From NCBI GenBank assembly GCA_002189035.1, contig NEEC01000002.1, positions 1,364,001-1,428,000 of the forward strand: a DNA stretch of 64,000 bases, written 5' to 3'. Positions 46,401-57,959 of this stretch are shown piece after piece. The translations under genes were made by a program, and so were the position numbers. How positions within the stretch are numbered: position 1 is the stretch's first letter; each line of letters starts with the position of its first letter. Under the pieces are notes generated by a model. That model had not been told where the DNA came from, made no database searches, and saw only the letters and a list, made by a program, of their open reading frames with translations. This stretch comes from Utricularia gibba (taxonomy: Eukaryota > Plantae > Magnoliophyta).

Positions 46401-47470
46401 ACGAGAGAATGTTTAAAAAAATGACGGGTACGGTAAAGTCAATGAATTTCGTATTTTTAAGAGCAAAAAAAGAATACCAAGGGCAAAGTCTACGAGGTGT
46501 GCTCCTACAGCAACTGCTGATCCGCTGCATGAACCTCCAGGGACGTGGGATGGGTTACATGGGTTTGTTGGAGTTCCAAGATTTCCATTTTCTCCTAATA
46601 GCCTGGAGTATTTACCTTCTCTTAGGCAATCGTACAAAGGGAATCCGAGAAACGAAACTAAAGAAAGCATAAAATCCAATATGATGTTTTAATAAAATAC
46701 CAACACAACACTAGCTTAATATAAGCACCTTAAAAAGGTATTGAAAGATAATTAACTCTATCTTTCTGTCATTCCACACATCCAAGAAACGCATTGAACA
46801 ACAAGTGATGTAACCAGGAGAAAACATGTACCCAAAACCAAATTCATCCATAACAGTTTTGCCGACACACGTGGCTCCATTTCGCAACATCACGGTGACA
46901 ACAAAAGCTGTTTTCCCCGCCGCCTCATGTGTCCTCTTCCAATCTGCACTTCCTCTCCCAGTCACATAGCCCTTCACATCGATGCTGGAAAAATAACCGC
47001 GTAAACACGCATAATTTCTCTTCCATAAAAACACACCAATTCAAAAGCTTCCGAAAACCCATATATTTAAATTTAATTTGCCCAGTTAGCATAAACCGTA
47101 CACAAAAGCCAAATAATAATAAGTCTGTAACAAGAACTAATAAGTTTTAGTTTCCAAAGGACCAAGAACAGGTTATGAAAACCACCCAGAAATAAGAAGG
47201 AAAAAAAGCGAGAACAGAACTGATGACGCACTTGTCATTCACAGCGAAGGTGAGGCGTGAAAGCAGGGGACTAGCAGCCGGGGGCGGTGGAGCAGCAAAC
47301 GGAAGAAGCTCAAACCTTTCCACAAATGCACCAAAATCTACCTTTACAGAATTCTTGGCTTTAATCCGGCGGCGTTGCACCTCGGCCATGATCAATACCC
47401 CAGCCACACCTACACCGACAAGAAGCCATACTTTGGAATTTGAAGCATTCAGCTTTGACAATTTCGACAT
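43487..47470 (-). CDS. OM64: Outer envelope protein 64, mitochondrial type (amidase-like domain plus TPR)
   Basis: NASNSKVWLLVGVGVAGVLIMAE..DFGAFVERFELLPF; GATCVGKTVMDEFGFG; PGGSCSGSAVAVG; GTDTFGGIRVPASFCG; TPRs GNAAYKGKQWNKAVSYYTEAIKLN..YYCNRAAAYLELG, NVKAYLRRGTARE, VLEPHNKVA. Confidence 0.94.
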
Positions 47471-47822
47471 TTCCGAAGCAACAATTCCCCTCCCCCTCCC
47501 CCTCCCCAAAAAGAAAGAAGCAAAACAAGGGTTTTAGTTCATCCGAGGGTTTAAGCAGCCAAGAAGGGCTTCCTGGACAAGAACGAATATTCAACAATTG
47601 CTTCAAATAAAAAATGGATTATTGCTAAATAATTTTAACATATTAAAATAAAAAATGTATTAATTTAATATAATAAACAAATTAAGTTTACCTTAATTAA
47701 ATTGGAATAATTGTGCCAAGAATATTTCATTACCATACGATTTGTGGACTAAATAAGGAAACTGTTGGCTAAAATTGTATTAAAAGCGCGCACAAAGAGA
47801 AAAAACAGAAGAGCGTGGTTCA

Positions 47823-48535
47823 ATGGGCAGTAAAGCGTTAACGATGATGCAGGGAACCGCCGGGAAGAAGATGACTCAGGGCCGGAAAAAGATCGAGATC
47901 AAGAAAATCGACAACACGAGTAACCGTCAAGTGACCTTCTCGAAGCGCCGCAGCGGTTTGTTCAAGAAGGCTAGCGAGCTCTGCATTCTCAGCGGCGCAG
48001 AGATCGCGATCATCGTGCACTCAACCGGTAAGCGCGTCTACTCGTTCGGGCACCCGACGCCGGACGCCATCGTGGACCGATTCCTCAACGGCGGCGATGC
48101 TTGGGAGACAAATGCTGCGCCCGCGGCCAAGGCGCGGGACTACAATCGGCATTATTCGGAGGTTTGCGAGGAGTTGGAGATGGAGAAGAAGCGGAAGCAG
48201 GCGATCGAGGAGGAGAAGAGAGCGGAGGCGCACGGCATTGGCGGCAGCGGGGGAACTTCTGGTGGAACGATGTGGTTGTTGATGGACTCGAATTGGATGA
48301 ACTGGAGCAGTACGCAGCGGCGATGGAAGAATTGGTGAAGAACGTCTCTCTGCGCGCCGACGACCTGATGCTCGCACAGAGTTCTTCCAAATCGTTTCCC
48401 GCTCTGGCACCTCCGGAGCTCCATGATTTTGGACCCGTGGTTCCTGTGGATCAGACGGCGGAGCTGCCATGGAATTGCTTTTATGATCCCAGCTTCGGTT
48501 CCACCGGCGGCTCTGAATTACTATTTACTGGTTAG
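47823..48535 (+). CDS. Type I (M-alpha, AGL62/AGL61-like) MADS-box factor, intronless, frameshift in G-run 48249-48253
   Basis: [58 protein letters not shown]; M-alpha motif [30 protein letters not shown] lies in the shifted frame. Confidence 0.9.
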
Positions 48536-48726
48536 TTAGAAAAATTCCATTTTTTTCCCCAAATATTCAAATTGAATTTTTTTATTTCTAAAAAATAGCA
48601 AAAAGAATAGTGCAGTTGTTTTTTCTGGCATAAGTAGCCTGCCTGCCTGCTCTCAAGGCAAACTCTTACACACTAACATTTGAAAGCCAAAGACTCCTAA
48701 GTAGATACCATCTGAATTGGGGATGA

Positions 48727-50275
48727 TCAAGGCAATGACTTGAGGTGGAAAACTTGGCAGCTTGGTCTGTATGACTTCTTTGCAGCAGCTAGCTCGAACT
48801 TCTTGGTAGCAGACTCGTTCTCTTCCAAGTTGGCTTGGAAGAAAAACCGTATCCACCACGAAGATGTCCGGTATTTCGCCTAAATATCAGAAGAAAGGCA
48901 TGACCTGTGAGCATTTTAGCACAAACAAGGAAGCAGGAAAGAGTCACTGCACTACCGGGCGACCAAACTTGGGCAGGTCTGCTGCCTTGACTTTTTTGCT
49001 GCTGGGGTAACCTGTACACAGGTTGTTCATGATAAGAAAGGGGAACGAAAAGTTCACATCTGTTTGCATCATTTTTGGTTTAGGAAGGATGGGAAGATGA
49101 GACAGGGGAAGATTTGGTGATGCCTGTCTACAGAAAGGGCCAAAAACATGTATAGTTCAGGAGAAATACCGGAGAGTACGACGAAGCCATCAGCAGAAAC
49201 CCGGGCTAGCTCTGGAACGGTCCTGTTAAGATACTTGGGGGACAGATAATCGACTGCATCGGAGACTATGACAAGGGAAAATGACTTTTTTCTGTATGGA
49301 AGAGATAGCTTTATATCAGCTACACGGACAACGCCTTTTTGCACAAGATTCTTGCAGTTGCTATCGGCATCGTCCAACTCATAAGGTTCAATACCCCAGG
49401 CTTCGGTTTCAACATCGTTTTTGACTAGATGAGACACTATGGAACAAGATTCTGGGCCAACATGCAAAACTCTGTGCATGCTGTCACCGTAGGTTTTTTT
49501 CAGGAGTGGTATTAGTGATGGAAGCTCTTGTGTACATGAAATTCTACCTGCAAGGGCATAAGACATACTACGATCATGTGAATCACTTTCAGGAGAAGGT
49601 GGAAATTAAACAAGAAAATAGCTTGAAACACTCATGTGCGAATACAATGGAACAGCTTCAAGCTGAAAAACATGGATGGAAAGGTAGTAATGTGTGCACA
49701 AAAATATGCAAACGTCTAGGAGAATGTATGGTTAGGATCAACGAGACATGGAGCCATATTCAGAAACAACATGATGAAGAGGCTAATTTGAATCATTACC
49801 ATATGTATTGAAGGCAGCCATATCACCTTTGCTGCCACCTGTGAAGGTGCAGTGAAAACATGGATCAGGAAGGTGGTGAAAGCATGTGAAAGGGTCACAG
49901 AAATAAACCTGAGCGTTGGTATAGCAGACCAACGACCAACAGGGCACCCTGGATATCCAAAAAAACATACACATTCAGTTTGCAATTTATGAAACAACTG
50001 AACCGTACATAAATTTATTGCAAAAGTGAAAACGCCATCATGTGTGAAGATGAAAAAACATCCCTCATAAACAAAATTATGTGCTTGCACTCCTTAAACG
50101 TTCAAAGAGAAGTGCCAGCATGAATGACCAAGGATGAGGAAAAGAGCCAAATTATTACTATAATAGCGGCCCCGAGAATCAATGGTGATCGGTGGACTTT
50201 GGGATGCAACGCATCCATGAAGGGAAGGCTATCACTGTCCGACGGGCGCCGTGACGCATTGGGCCTCCTTAACAT
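48727..50275 (-). CDS. CGR2/CGR3: Golgi pectin methyltransferase CGR2/CGR3-like, 6 coding exons
   Basis: SCTQELPSLIPLLKKTYGDSMHRVLHVGPESC..EAWGIEPYELDDADSNCK..VRVADIK..SFSLVIVSDAVDYLSPKYLNRTVPELARVSADG..KFGRP|AKYRTSSWWIRFF..CQVFHLKSLP*. Confidence 0.93.
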
Positions 50276-51244
50276 GGTGAATTAAGGTTGAAAAACCTGC
50301 CATGGACGAGATCAGATGGGGGAGGACATAAGACCAATTTTATGTCTTGCACGAGAAATAAAAATGGAAGCTGGGTATTGCTAACATCAATTCCAGGTCA
50401 GAAACAAGAATCTGCAAAATACAAGGAAAAAAAAACAAAAAAAGAAGAAGCATCGACGCGATCCATACCCAAAAATGACGAATCACATTTTCATAAGCAG
50501 GCAATCACAACCAGGCTATATTCCCAAACACATCAACATCATCAGTGCCCAGAAACTCGACTAGCCAAAAAAGAAAACTTTATAATTCAGATCCTTAATT
50601 CTGCAACCAATTTCTAATATCACATTCTAGAACACCATCCACCTCATGACCCCCTAATACCAAGCTCAGGTATGGCGTGGAATCAAAGAGATCAAGAAAA
50701 AAAAGCACGTACATTCTTAAAATCCACCCAGATCACAAAACCCACAAATCCAAAACGTAATTACATGTAACAAGACTTCCGTAACCGCACAAATAGACAA
50801 ACAACAACAATTGGAAGCGTTACCCGCGGCGCTAAGAGGAAAAGATTTGACGTGGGATCTAGATCTAATGTATACTCCAGTTTCCCAGTACATCACAGAC
50901 TGTAGTGGGGGTGGCATTTTATTGCTTTACACGTCAACTTCAGTGAGATAATGCCAGCCGCTGCGGCCTGGAACTGGGAAGAAGAATTTCACTGGCAAAA
51001 TAAATGCCCCCAAACACTTCTTACTTATACCCTCCATTTTTTTATCTCACAAAATGTTTCAGGGTACTGTTTTAAACTCGAATAATATATTTAATTTATT
51101 TAAACTAAAAATTATTAAACCACATTTAATTTATTATAAAAAAAGATTCAAATCCAAATTTATGATTAAGAAATTTATTTATTTATTTTTAAAATAAGAT
51201 ACTGTGTGTAGCTACTTGGCTAAAATTAGAATGTGACATTTTTG

Positions 51245-51246
<2 letters not shown>

Positions 51247-51280
<34 letters not shown>
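51247..51280. repeat. (AT)17 microsatellite
   Basis: Direct reading of the sequence. Confidence 0.95.
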
Positions 51281-51288
<8 letters not shown>

Positions 51289-51388
51289 TCTTTTAAACAG
51301 AAGATTCCTATTTGCCACACAGGTGACATGCCCATCGAATACCCGACCCGGATCCAGCCAGGAAGATGGTACGTGTCTTCCTCATCCC

Positions 51389-54300
51389 TCACTCTTCAAG
51401 TAGCGGGCTGAGACTTGACTTGACAGCAGTTTCTGTATCCTCCTCATTGGGTCGACCTGCAGGATGAAGGAAAACACCTGCCCGGAAAACCCACTCAAAG
51501 TACTTTATGAACAGAGGAACCAAAGAAAAAAAAACTGAATCCAGGTGCTAGTTTCGGTTGTGAACTTGCCTATACACCAAATTGCAGCTGTGATGAACAA
51601 AACAGACGTCAAAATGAGGGTTGTCGTCCTCCAGTTGTTAATATGATCCTGTTGGTTTATAAAGATGGGAAATCCATGTCGTCTGTGAAGAGGCAAAGGA
51701 TTCAGCGTGAGGATAACTGACCTGGAGCAGCCCAACAAGGGGAGAGGAAGGTACATCTCCAAGGACATGAGTGAATATGGTGGAAAGTGCCATTGATAAA
51801 GGCCGGAGGCTCGGTTTGACGCAATGAAGGCAAATGAAGTTCACTGGGGCCTGGATGAAACGATGGTGCAGAAAGAAAAGTTATCTTGACACTTGGATGT
51901 GGATGAGAAGTTACATGGGATGACCTGAGTTGCGAAAATGAGGAGCTCCCCGATGGCGAAAAGAGCCAGGAAAATGTATAGGCTCTCAAAGCAAAAGGAA
52001 GAGAAGCAGAATATTGCTCCAAAAAAAGCAGCACCTGACAGAAGCTGATACAGAAACATATAAAGGGTGCGGGGGTATTGAGTCATTATATTAAGCAAGC
52101 AAAGGAGCATACCTTGAAAGCATTTGGTACTGTGGATTCCATTCTATCAAGAACAAGACCCCCGGCTAGAGTTCCAAATACACCACATACTACTGTAACC
52201 CCACCGAAAACATAATCTGCATCAACCTGGGAGTGTAATCCGATGTGATCGTAGCACAGATCATGAAGTGCATTATGATAAGTAAACGAAGCACATGTTT
52301 TACCAAGCGATATATGTTATAGCCTGCTTTGGGTCCCCAGTAAGAGTAAGCCCCTAGAACAAAATTGTAACAGATATTACCTGCACAGGCAAGACAGACA
52401 AAGAAAGATTATAATGATGATCCCCTATTTCCAAAGTAAACCCTGTCAGCGAGAAGATATACCAAAAAGGTTCACCAAGTACACCCTGTCAAGGAGAATG
52501 ACTTTGATATCCTTCAACATAATCATCATATCTGCAGGCCTGAAAGGGTTGCTAAAATATAGTTATGTCCTTCAAAGCATTAAAAAGATGCAACGAGAGA
52601 ATTGTGCATCATTCATGAGAATAGATTTAATGAAGAAAGCTTCTAACCTTGAAGGCTCAGGTAATTCTTCGCTAGCTGTTTCCATGGACAAAAGTTCACA
52701 GGAATAAAAAAACAAGAAGAATTGGGTTGATTTATGCTTCATAAGAAAATATCAGGACACTAAAATGCACTTAGACACAAAGCTAATGCTGGAATAAGTA
52801 CTGAAGCAGATTGAAGAAACTCACAAAAACAAGAAACAAGCTTCAACATAAAACATATGCTAAACATCTGAGGTGTATACTATATTGAAGGTTTCAGCAC
52901 CTTGATTGATAGACAAGTCCATATCCACAGTTGATTCCAAGACAATAGGCACGAAACCTGGTGACTATTCTGTCAGTAAATGAGACGAAAAAATAATTTT
53001 GGGATGAACTACAAGACCTTCTGATTGGAAAACAGACCTCTCGAGGTCAAAGGCTTCATTAGAAGTCCTATAATAGCAAAAGGAAGCATCAATAGTGCCT
53101 CCAGAAAAAACGCCCATCGCCAACCAACTTGACCAATCTATCGGGTCATGCATGATTTCAGCAAACAAAAAAACACAAAATGTAAGTTTGCATCACATGA
53201 AAAAACCAGTATATAGATGGTCAATCTGAATATGAGAAGAATAAAGTCCTATAATTTTGCCAGGAGACAGCATACCAATCCACCAAATACATAACCAACA
53301 GCATAACCGCTTGGAATGCACATATAAAATGCTCCCAACCATGCTGCTCTCTGTTCAGAAAAAAAGATGGATGTATACTGTAAATTAGACATCATGCTGC
53401 TATCAACAATCATAAATGTCGGAAAAGTTCCATTACAAGTGTTGACCAAATAAGTATATTCAAGATGAGAAGTTTCAATGAAGAAGTTTTCGCAAGCAAT
53501 ATAGAGTTCACAAATCAAATACCTGAGATATGGGGATAAAACACTAGACCTGATTTATTGGTGCATTATCGTCTATAAAGGGAGCTGCAAGACTGACAAA
53601 AGAAGCCTCGCCAATACCCACTAGCCTACAGAAAACAAAGCAATAACATATCTTGGTATTTGTTAGCAGTGATGATGCTGCAAGAGAATTCGGGAAGCCT
53701 AGCTGAACTCACATGCGACTAATAGCAATAGACCAGAAATTAAACGAAAACCCGCAAAATGCAACCGCAACAGTCCAGATGCTCAAGCCAACTCCAACAA
53801 GTCGAAGCGGATTGATGCTGCAGTATCCAAATGGCATCCTCAAAATGCATACATGCACCGAGAAATGATCTTGTTTACAAAATGAAAATATCATATTCAT
53901 CACCTGCTAGCTAATGACGCGAAAATAGGGGACGAAACTAGAAGTCCAACCAGAAAAGCAGATGATATAACCCCGTCTTCAAAGTTATTAAGGTCAAACT
54001 CGCCTCTGTTAGAAAAAAAAAAACATATAATGATGCAGCAGTAGAAATTAAGAGGTACTCTCCTAGGAAGTTTCCAGACACGGGAAATCTACTTACTGAA
54101 TTCCACTACCAGATGAGCAAATTCCACTTTCAGAGCAAGATCCCTGCCTCCCATTTACACCATTACTAGCGATAGTACCACAATCGAGGTAATTAATCAG
54201 GTTGATCACGCAGAAACCAGCAAACAACCTGCCAAAACGAAAAACAAATCAGAAAAAAATAAGACTATCCAATCACAAATGAATCACAAATAAACTGAAA

Positions 54301-54541
54301 AAATAAGATATTTCCATATGCTGAAGCCATTATTTAACATCCATCAGCGACCCAGGACGAGACGTAACCCACATTCACAGAAAATCAAAGCAATTCAAAA
54401 CCCAAAAAAAAAAAAATAACAACTTCCATGAAAACCCTAAAGCTATCATTCACAAAAAATCGAAATTCTTTCCTCAGTTCCCAAACATAAAGTCTACCTC
54501 TGTGGAGTCAACCAAGAAGCGGAAGCTTGAGCTCCAGCCAT
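51389..54541 (-). CDS. Spinster-like MFS transporter (probable sphingolipid transporter spinster homolog), multi-exon, last intron GC-AG
   Basis: SWLTPQR|LFAGFCVINLINYLDCGTIASNGVNG; SSAFLVGLLVSSPIF; LVGIGEASFVSLAAPFIDDNAP; WLGAFYMCIPSGYAVGYV; YSYWGPKAG; GELLIFATQ|APVNFICLHCV; HVLGDVPSSPLVG. Confidence 0.93.
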
Positions 54542-54871
54542 CCCTTCCCGCGCGGAAAATAACTAACTACAAGTGATGCTTCAAAATTTAATCATAATTA
54601 AATGTTCGGTTTACCGACTATTTCTATTTTATTATTTTAAATAATTAATTAATTATTGTGATACCTTTCCTACTTTCGATGGAAAAAAATAATAATAATT
54701 TCCGTGTGTTCCCAACCGTACAATTTTTTAAAAAAAAAATTCTATTTTTCAAACTATATAAATTTTAATTTCAATATGACGTTATTCATAGGGGAAAAAA
54801 TGTTATTCTCAAATGGGTCCTATATTTTTAAGAAATTACAAATATGACAACAAAAGGTGCAAAAAACTGCA

Positions 54872-56316
54872 TCAGACATCGTACCCGGGGTTAACTTTCT
54901 GCTGAACATCTCCATAGCTCTCCAGCTCCTGGACATCCTCAGGGCTACCCAGGAACAGAGGAAGCCTCTGGTGGATCTTCACCGGCTGCAGAGACAGAAT
55001 CCTTGCCTTCCCATTCGAGCCTCTGCCTCCAGCCTGCTCCACAAGGAAGCTCAGAGGGTTCGCTTCGTAGACCAGGCGAAGATGGTCCCTTGGGTTCATG
55101 GCGATCCCGCCGTACAGCAGGGTTCTGTGAAGATCAGCAACCAGAGAACATATGTATCTGGCGGAGTACTTTTTGGGGCTCTCTCCCTTTCCCTGTCTGA
55201 TGGTGTCGATGTATCTCCTCAGCCCTTCTGGCCAGTCGAAGTAACGAGCGTCGTTCACGGAGTAGATTTGGCCTGAGGTGGCGGTATGGTATCAGATACA
55301 GGGAATGCAGGGAAGAGACTGGCAGAGGGAAGTGTCAAGTGAGTGTTGGTTACCTCGTGGAGGTATTCTGATGTTTGGGTGGGTGAGAAGAAAGTCTCCG
55401 GTGGAGTGATCGAGTGTGAATCCATGGGTGCCGGAGCCAAAGCTCAAGCACAAGATGGTTGCTGATGAATAGAGGACGTATGCAGAAGCTATGAGGTTGG
55501 ATCCGGATTGGAGGGAGTTGAGCACAGCTTTCTCTTGTTCTGGGAGATGATCCAGTTCCGCGAGGCGCTGGTATATCCCGAATATCGTTCCGGTGGGGAT
55601 AGAGGCGTCGATGTTTCGGGAACCGTCCAGAGGATCCAGAACAACCACGAAAGGGGCGTCATCTGAGATCCAAATGGGAGCATCGTCTTCTTCAGAAGCC
55701 ATCACGGCTGCTTTGCCACTCTTCCTGAGTGATGAGAGTATGATTTCATTCTGCAACATCAAACTGAATTAACTACTACTGCAGATAACAGATGGGAAAC
55801 CCAGAGTTCCCTTCAAGATCAAGATCAGGGATTCATAGTTCGTTTGAAAAACTCGAGCTTCTTCTATTCGCGTGATGATAATCTTGATTTTTCATTCAAG
55901 AAGAACAAAACGAAGCCGGGGAAACGTACCGCCACGATATCGAGAGGCTTAGCCTGGTCCCTTTCTGCAGATGCGGAGCCGACATCGACGATGACACTGG
56001 AATTGAAAGGTGAAGCTACGAGAGCGGCGATTCTCTTGCAGGCGTACAGCAAATGGCTGAACAAAACGTGCAACTCATCGCCCACAACTTCCTTACTCAT
56101 GAACTCGCCCAGGGTAAGAAGCCCATCACCAGATCCAGAAGAACTTCCGCCGGCACAAATTTTGAATCCCGATACACCACGAAACTCCATTTTTTCTACT
56201 CCCCGGATGCAATTGGAGTCCCTAGGCGGAAAATCGCGGAATTTGGAACTAAAAAGATGAATTCTTGGTGAGTAAAAGGAGATCGTCGTGTTCAAGAATA
56301 TGGCGTGTGTGTTCAT
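54872..56316 (-). CDS. Chloroplast fructose-1,6-bisphosphatase, redox-insensitive cpFBPase II type (At5g64380-like), 3 exons
   Basis: KPLDIVA|NEIILSSLR..MASEEDD..VVVLDPLDGSRNIDASIPTGTIFGIY..|GQIYSVNDARYFDW..YSARYICSLVADLHRTLLYGGIAMNPRDHLRLVYEANPLSFLVEQAGG. Confidence 0.94.
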
Positions 56317-56483
56317 AACTGAACTCACTTGGGGGCCATTCAGTGCCGAGCGACCGGAAATTCGCATTTCTTATCAATTTTTTTTCTTTGGGTGGTTTAC
56401 ATTTTTTCCCCCAAAGCATCCTTACCGATTCCGATCAATTCGATAAACATCACGATACGACAGCCAAAAAAGAGCAGTAATTT

Positions 56484-57959
56484 TCACAGCGCACAACCGC
56501 ACATTCCCAAAACTCCAGTCCCGAAGGTGCCGTTGATTTGCTTCGACTTTCTCCGGTGGACGTCGTCAAGGACCTTCCCCGCCCACTCCAGAAAATAAGA
56601 CTCATTGTGACCGATCCTCCTATCCTTGAAATTCCTCATGACGCAGTCTTCATACTCCCTTGGCGTACCGGAGCAATCCTCCGCAGCGGAATCCCTCCAT
56701 ACTCCCTGATGCACCATCCCCGCCCAATCAGACTGCCACTGATAAATATACTGCCCGACGCCGGCGTACTCCTTCCACCCCTTTGGGAAAAACTCCATCA
56801 CGCTGCTGTTTCTGTCCATCAGAAACTGGTTCGTCAGCTGCGCACCGTGGGGCGTCACCAGCACATCCGTTTCACTCATCAACTCCACCTGTAGCATCCT
56901 TCTTGTTATCACTGTTTTCTTTTTTTTTTGTTTTGATAATAATCTTTGAGTTACCTGTTCACAAAATGTCAGGTTGTCGGAATGGGCGACTCTGAGTCGA
57001 CAGCCGTTGACTTTAGAGCAGGCATTTTGAAATATGGAGATGACTGCCGACGAGTTCTTGAAGGAACGGGGGCCGTCTCTCATCAGAAGTGTCATTCCGA
57101 TACGGAGGCTGGCGTCGCCGCCCTGTCCCGCTCCGAGGTTGCAGTACATCCGCGCCTTGCATCGCATCAGATCGTAGGCCCGTCGTCTTTTCTCCTTGGA
57201 CAGCCTGCCTTCGCAGCGCCTCATCACCACCGCCTCCTCGAAGCAAATAGGACCATCGTGAGGATCTTCACTCTGTACGCCACTGCCATTAAGATGGTCG
57301 AGGTGAAAATGGCCGTCAAACGTCGCCTCCATTAGGGTCTTCAGCCATGGCGCGACTGAAGTTCTGAGTTCCCCCTTGTGGTACAAGATCCACCGGTCCG
57401 GCAACCGGCAGCCGTTCCTTATAAACCATCCGACGAAGGGGAACAAGGTCGACAGGCCGTGCCACATGTTATCGTAGATATAGTGATTGTTGGAGACGTA
57501 CGTGGTGCCTTCCAGGAGTAAGGCGTCGTGGGGGAGGTAATTGGGCCACGCCAGCGCGTACGAATTCAACGCGCCGTCGCCCCTGTTCCGGCCCTTAACA
57601 CAAAGCACCCGACCCTTGGACTCGTTGGACGGGAACTTCATGTACTGCGTCTCGCCTTCCTCCTGAGTATCACTGAGCGAGCTCATGAACCAGGTGCGAC
57701 CCTTCATCGGGACGTCGGCAAACCGCACATCCTTCAAAGCCTGGAAGGTAACAGACTCCCGGAGCTTGGACCCCAACTCCTCCACCTCTTGCTGATTAAA
57801 GACGACAGAGCTAGATAACCCAACAATCGCGGAAGACTCCGGCGGGGTTCGAGACAACTCAATCTTAAACAGCGTGAAGACGACGGCGAGGGCGAGGGCG
57901 GCGTAAAGCTTCTTCAACGGCGAAGACGACATCCTCCCGTACATCCCCGATCTCTTCAT
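56484..57959 (-). CDS. Glycosyltransferase family 61-like (DUF563; At4g33590-like) protein with one 66-bp intron (56889-56954)
   Basis: WFMSSLSDT..GRVLC..NSYALAWP..TYVSNNHYIYDNMWHGLSTLFPFVGW..RWILYHKGELR..CFEEAVVMR..DLMRCKARMYC..NLTFCEQ|VELMSETDVLVTPHGAQLTNQFLMDRNSSVMEFFPKGW; N-terminal TM anchor. Start codon uncertain. Confidence 0.85.
   Translation of the reverse strand: MKRSGMYGRMSSSPLKKLYAALALAVVFTLFKIELSRTPPESSAIVGLSSSVVFNQQEVEELGSKLRESVTFQALKDVRFADVPMKGRTWFMSSLSDTQEEGETQYMKFPSNESKGRVLCVKGRNRGDGALNSYALAWPNYLPHDALLLEGTTYVSNNHYIYDNMWHGLSTLFPFVGWFIRNGCRLPDRWILYHKGELRTSVAPWLKTLMEATFDGHFHLDHLNGSGVQSEDPHDGPICFEEAVVMRRCEGRLSKEKRRRAYDLMRCKARMYCNLGAGQGGDASLRIGMTLLMRDGPRSFKNSSAVISIFQNACSKVNGCRLRVAHSDNLTFCEQVTQRLLSKQKKKKTVITRRMLQVELMSETDVLVTPHGAQLTNQFLMDRNSSVMEFFPKGWKEYAGVGQYIYQWQSDWAGMVHQGVWRDSAAEDCSGTPREYEDCVMRNFKDRRIGHNESYFLEWAGKVLDDVHRRKSKQINGTFGTGVLGMCGCAL

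Noticed and set aside
55480-55620. Chloroplast FBPase lacking the regulatory cysteine loop
   Set aside because: Defining, already described property of the cpFBPase II class.
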